Of a stretch of 32,000 nt of DNA, positions 27,813 to 32,000 are shown one piece after another. Below the pieces are notes generated by a model. It searched no databases, was not told where the DNA came from, and saw nothing but the letters and a program-made list of their open reading frames with translations. How positions within the stretch are numbered: the stretch's first letter is position 1; the number at the start of each line of letters is the position of its first letter. Source of the stretch: Candidatus Hermodarchaeota archaeon (GTDB taxonomy: Archaea > Asgardarchaeota > Heimdallarchaeia > Hodarchaeales > Hodarchaeaceae); NCBI GenBank assembly GCA_048886185.1, contig JBHLKY010000012.1, positions 5,881 to 37,880 on the forward strand, read 5' to 3'. Position numbers and translations under genes: made by a program.

Positions 27813-28040
27813 ATGAAAAGAGTGTCAAAAGCTTATTCAGAAGGTAAAAAATATCCAGTTCGAGTAGATTTAGGTGAGTGAGATGAGCAGAAATTTTTTT
27901 CAGCTCAAAAGCAGAATAAACTAAAAAGTAAAGCAGAATCTTTCGTTTTTATTTAAATAACGTCTATCATGGGTTGGTACTAGATATTGCGATTGCTTTG
28001 CTTGAATTACAATTAAGAAAAGTAAGAAGTGAGAAGCCGG
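27813..28040 (+). pseudogene. Degraded ribbon-helix-helix (CopG-like) regulator gene
   Basis: TTATATAA at 27781 and ATG 27813 give MKRVSKAYSEGKKYPVRVDLGE*DEQKFFSAQKQNKLKSKAES. One added T at 27941-27943 continues FRFYLNNVYHGLVLDIAIALLELQLRK. In-frame TGA at 27879. Confidence 0.4.
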
Positions 28041-28077
28041 TTTTTTTTTTAATTTCATACAGGATCAAAAATCATTG

Positions 28078-28941
28078 CTAGGCTTGTGGGGGAAAGAATT
28101 CCTCACCAATTTTACACATATAACTAAGGAGTTTGTCTTGATCAACTATTTCAGGTTCACAATTAAGCTGTTTAACTGTTTCATATAATTTGTAAGCCCT
28201 TAAAATTTGAGCTTCGGAGATTATCATGGCTTCAGGGACGAAAACACCTACTAAGAACACCACAGCGACATAGGGGATCATAAGATACGTTAATACAAAT
28301 TCTTGGAATGTTACTATAGGCAAAGTCGGTATAGAAAAAAAAAGAAAAATATATATGCCAACAATTATAATAGAATTGAATAAATCAACAAGACCCACAA
28401 ATCTCCAAGCATAGATAACAAACTTTACACGTGTATCCTCAGATATTGGTTTTAGAGTGAAATAGACAAATGTCCATGTTACTGCATAATTAAAAGTACA
28501 TACCCATAAAAAGAAATCAAGAATCTCTTGTTGAAAGATTTCAGGAAAAAGAGTGTGGAATATTAAAAATCCTAAGAAAATCACTAAAAATGATGCAATA
28601 ATAATCCAAAGAATTATGGGTCTATCCTTCCACTGCCAGCGAAGACGAAGAGGATGCGCTGATATAAAAAATAACATTATTATCTGGTTAAGCATCATTA
28701 GAAAAAGGAGAAATCGAGGCATTTCAATCTCTTCCACCATATGCCAGACATAAATAGGTCCTGAAAGAAATCCAAGACCATTAGTAAAAAACCACCCTGC
28801 AAAAATGAGGTAATCCAAGGAACCAATCCGAAGATAATTTCGTATTGCTACAAATCCTGCAGGAATCCAAAAAATTGATGCTATGGTGGCAATCTTGAAG
28901 ATTAATGGCATACTCAAAAAAAACTCAATAAAGTCTACCAT
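28078..28941 (-). CDS. Seven-TM hypothetical membrane protein
   Basis: Seven hydrophobic segments followed by an amphipathic tail (PEAMIISEAQILRAYKLYETV). Confidence 0.75.
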   Translation of the reverse strand: MVDFIEFFLSMPLIFKIATIASIFWIPAGFVAIRNYLRIGSLDYLIFAGWFFTNGLGFLSGPIYVWHMVEEIEMPRFLLFLMMLNQIIMLFFISAHPLRLRWQWKDRPIILWIIIASFLVIFLGFLIFHTLFPEIFQQEILDFFLWVCTFNYAVTWTFVYFTLKPISEDTRVKFVIYAWRFVGLVDLFNSIIIVGIYIFLFFSIPTLPIVTFQEFVLTYLMIPYVAVVFLVGVFVPEAMIISEAQILRAYKLYETVKQLNCEPEIVDQDKLLSYMCKIGEEFFPPQA

Positions 28942-29003
28942 GTTTAATCAACAGAGATCCTTTTTGATGTATTGTTTTCTGATTGAATCATAAATAGGGA
29001 TTA

Positions 29004-29495
29004 TTAAATATCGTAAATGAACGGTGGTTTAATCCCCAGCATTCGAAGATAAGTGCACAATTGGCCTCGATGATGTATTGTCTCCTCCAAATTACACACC
29101 AATGATTCGTAACTTCCGAACTTGAAACCATCCCAGCAGTGGTAGGTGACTATTTTCTCCATATCAGCATCGGTTAGTGCAGGTAAATTCTCTCGAACAT
29201 AAGATTTTACCTTTTCACCATACTCTACAATTTCGGAAGCAGATTTCACCTTTTCAGAATCAAATGGAATCATTGAGAAATCTTCATCAGAGAATTCTCC
29301 TTTTAAAGCACCAGCAAAATGAGCTAGTGTACCCATATAGACATGTATTCCCAATTCACCTGCGCTCTTTGCATCTTCAGCCGGTTTCCAATTAAGTTTG
29401 TCATCAGGGATAAGCAAAATGGCTTTATCAAGCGTTTTCATCGCATGATTCAGAGTATAATCTAATTGCTGTTTTGCTGATTCTAATTTTGACAT
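29004..29495 (-). CDS. DinB/YfiT-like protein
   Basis: LNWKP...SAGELGIHV, ETIHHRGQLCTYLRMLGIKPP; AAGGAG SD-like motif upstream. Confidence 0.9.
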   Translation of the reverse strand: MSKLESAKQQLDYTLNHAMKTLDKAILLIPDDKLNWKPAEDAKSAGELGIHVYMGTLAHFAGALKGEFSDEDFSMIPFDSEKVKSASEIVEYGEKVKSYVRENLPALTDADMEKIVTYHCWDGFKFGSYESLVCNLEETIHHRGQLCTYLRMLGIKPPFIYDI

Positions 29496-29893
29496 TTCAA
29501 GACTCTCCTTCTTTCATTCAAATTGTTCATAAATTTGTTCAATAGAAGAAAATATCAGTTTGCTATTTATTAGCTAACATTGATAATTAGAATATCATCT
29601 ATTTAAGACCTTCGATTCTTTCTCATTAACTTCTATAGGAGTCATTTGCAGATTATGTAACTTATTTTCATTTCTAAATTCGCTAGAAATCTCTAATCGA
29701 GTTTCACTGAAATTAAATCGATATTCTAATTGAGGGACTACATCGAAAAACTTGCAAAAACTCCAGTGATCCTCTAAAGTATTGATCCTTGATTTAAGAA
29801 TGGGGAAAAATCTATTTAAGGTTACACATGGAGAATGCATAAAGCGACTAATCTGAAATTTCAAAGTGAATTATGGGGAAAAAGGACTTCTAA

Positions 29894-31441
29894 ATGAATC
29901 AAAATGTTTTGGAACAACTGTACATAACGGGAAATTATCCATCACTACTCGAAGAAATCACCAATTTAGCCTACAACCAACCATCTACCAAATTAACCGA
30001 CATTGAGAAAGCTATCTGCCTTTTTTATCACAGTAGAACGCTGATTCGACTTGGAGACGTCAATGATGCCGAAAATCTAATTAAAAAATTTGCTAACGTT
30101 AATTTCAACGAGTTTTTTATTTCAAGCTTGATTAATCAAATATCAATCCTTAACTTACAAGTTACTCAATGTAAAACTAAAGAAGTAATAGAGAATGGAA
30201 AAAACGCAATACAGATGATAGAACAACGAAACCAGGATCTTTCAAACTATCCCCAAATCCAGTCATTTTGGAATCCTTTTCTTCATTATTATACTGGAAT
30301 GGCATATTTTTACCAATTCAAAAATGATCTAGCACGAATTTATTTATCAAAAAGTTTAGAAAAAAATCAAACAAACCTCCTCATAAAAGCAAAATGCCTA
30401 TATTACATGGCATTCTTACATTTAGAGAAAGGTGATACCTCCCAGTTCTTCAGCCTTCTTGATGACAGTATAGAAATTTATCGAACGATTGATGCCAAAC
30501 AAGGTATAGCGTGGGTGGAAGCATGGCAGGGACAATTCTTTTTACAGAGAGGAGATTTTGAAAAGGCTAATGCTAAATTTTCTCAAGCATTGATATTATT
30601 TAAAGCAATTAATGACTCTCAAGGATTAAATTTAGTCAATTCTTTGATAGGCTTAATGTATTACCAACAAGGGAAGTTGGAACAAGCAAAAGCAATATTG
30701 GAAAAAGCATTTGATTCATCCATTGAAATTGGAAACCCAATGATTCTCTCCTATTGCGTTATTCCACTAGTGTTACTCTATATCGAATCTGGGAACCATT
30801 TAAAAGCAAAAAAGTGTATTAACGAACTTAAAGACGTATGTAAAGAATCAACTAGCGATAGAGTGAAAGTACACAGGCTTATTACCGAAGCAATCTTTTT
30901 AAAATCCAGTTCACGATTTAGTGATAAAGCTCAAGCTCAGAATATACTTCTTGAACTATTAGACGAAGATAGTGAAGAACATCCACATGGGTCATATGTT
31001 TGGCTCTCTTCAGACAAAAGCTTTTCCTATCTTGTGATAACACATCTCGCAGAGCTTTATTTAGAGGAATTTAAGCTATCAGAAGATAACATGATTATGC
31101 TTGAAGTACGTAAATTGATTGATCATCAAATTCAAAAGTTGGATGACCAAAAATTCTCCCCTGAACTCGTTGAACTGTCATTCCTAAAAGCGAAATTATT
31201 ACTTGTAGAGGGAGATATTGAGGAAGCTATAAATATTCTTGAAAAGGCCAGAAAGATCGCAGAAACTAATAATTTTCGTCGCATGAAAGAGAAAATTGAT
31301 TCTGAGGTTACAAGAATCGATAGAGAGTTTAAGAAATGGGATGCTGCCGCTATTTCAGTAAGAGATAGAATCAAACAAGTACAAATTGATGAATATCTTA
31401 AAGAAGTCCAGAAAATGATAACCTTACATCATCAGGGATAG
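29894..31441 (+). CDS. Tetratricopeptide-repeat protein
   Basis: Repeated TPR patterns (GMAYFYQFKNDLARIYLSKSLE; GQFFLQRGDFEKANAKFSQAL; GLMYYQQGKLEQAKAILEKAF). Confidence 0.85.
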   Translation: MNQNVLEQLYITGNYPSLLEEITNLAYNQPSTKLTDIEKAICLFYHSRTLIRLGDVNDAENLIKKFANVNFNEFFISSLINQISILNLQVTQCKTKEVIENGKNAIQMIEQRNQDLSNYPQIQSFWNPFLHYYTGMAYFYQFKNDLARIYLSKSLEKNQTNLLIKAKCLYYMAFLHLEKGDTSQFFSLLDDSIEIYRTIDAKQGIAWVEAWQGQFFLQRGDFEKANAKFSQALILFKAINDSQGLNLVNSLIGLMYYQQGKLEQAKAILEKAFDSSIEIGNPMILSYCVIPLVLLYIESGNHLKAKKCINELKDVCKESTSDRVKVHRLITEAIFLKSSSRFSDKAQAQNILLELLDEDSEEHPHGSYVWLSSDKSFSYLVITHLAELYLEEFKLSEDNMIMLEVRKLIDHQIQKLDDQKFSPELVELSFLKAKLLLVEGDIEEAINILEKARKIAETNNFRRMKEKIDSEVTRIDREFKKWDAAAISVRDRIKQVQIDEYLKEVQKMITLHHQG

Positions 31442-31588
31442 AGTAATGCCAAATTAAGCCAAGATTCAGAAGTTTCCTTCAATGTGTGATTTTGGATTTC
31501 TTAAATCCTCTTCACAAAATATTTTTAAAGGATAAATGGTGAATTTGTAAAATATCACCAAAAACTAGGGTTTTAAGGATGGAAAACT

Positions 31589-31981
31589 ATGACAAGTTTG
31601 AAAGATGCAATTGATGATATATGGAAACAGTATGCTTCCTCGGTAGCTACTGGGGACATTGATAGCTGGATTTCTTTGTGGATTGATAATGGAATACAAA
31701 AACCACCAGATGCTCCTCCAAACATTGGGAAAGAAAAAATACGTGCTTTTAATAAGAGCATGATGGATAATGTGCCAGTTTCAAAAATGGGCATTGAGAG
31801 TGAAGAAGTAAGAGAAGCGGATGATTGGGGTTTTTCTCACGGTAATTATTGGATTGAAATAGACCAAGAAGGAGAGACAATGAGAATCAATGGAAAATTC
31901 TTAACAATATTTGAAAAACAAGAGGATGGCTCGTGGAAGATTGCTAGAGATATCTTCAATTATAACGCACCTCTGCGATGA
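31589..31981 (+). CDS. SnoaL/NTF2-like (DUF4440) protein
   Basis: GDIDSWISLW..NG..PP..P..GKEKI, GKFLTIFEKQEDGSWKIARDIFN. Confidence 0.88.
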   Translation: MTSLKDAIDDIWKQYASSVATGDIDSWISLWIDNGIQKPPDAPPNIGKEKIRAFNKSMMDNVPVSKMGIESEEVREADDWGFSHGNYWIEIDQEGETMRINGKFLTIFEKQEDGSWKIARDIFNYNAPLR

Positions 31982-32000
31982 AAAGTAAGGCAGCGGATAT

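Noticed and set aside
29595-29864. 89-aa minus-strand ORF
   Set aside because: No recognisable motif, and it overlaps the promoter region of the TPR gene; cannot be supported.
1468-31794. Numerous short ORFs antisense to or overlapping the called genes (e.g. 1630..2055, 5122..5487, 18893..19150, 31132..31374)
   Set aside because: Shadow ORFs of real genes with no motifs.
1-32000. tRNA, rRNA, CRISPR arrays, IS elements or integrases
   Set aside because: No cloverleaf, regular repeat-spacer array, terminal inverted repeats or transposase motifs were seen.

Overview
AT-rich archaeal chromosomal segment. It carries an archaeal/eukaryote-type ProRS, a COG1751 protein, TATA-box promoters, many TTG starts, Roadblock/LC7 proteins and a TPR protein. 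This gene set suggests an Asgard archaeon (Heimdallarchaeia/Hodarchaeales-like); that is inference, not a database result. About 28 coding regions are present. Housekeeping and metabolic genes: class II tRNA nucleotidyltransferase, Nudix, proS, class III CoA-transferase, isoaspartyl peptidase, Thr/Ser dehydratase, nitroreductase, cyclophilin, MFS, GNAT, DinB, SnoaL. No tRNA, rRNA, CRISPR array or intact mobile element was seen. Most notable: (1) a GTPase-less Roadblock operon, with a single Roadblock gene, a 651-aa tandem-Roadblock/winged-helix/helical/split-Zn-finger protein and an orphan [4Fe-4S] ASKHA activator ATPase; (2) an MFS transporter fused in frame to an Old Yellow Enzyme domain that has lost its catalytic motif; (3) a surface-anchored glucuronyl C5-epimerase-like protein, plus tandem HGSNAT/DUF1624-like genes; (4) an unannotated ~70-nt C/D-box/K-loop RNA with its own TATA box; (5) a solitary HsdM-half-HsdS fusion; (6) four small genes that read as single proteins if a one-base homopolymer indel is corrected. 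All domain calls come from motif recognition by eye and need HMM or structure confirmation.
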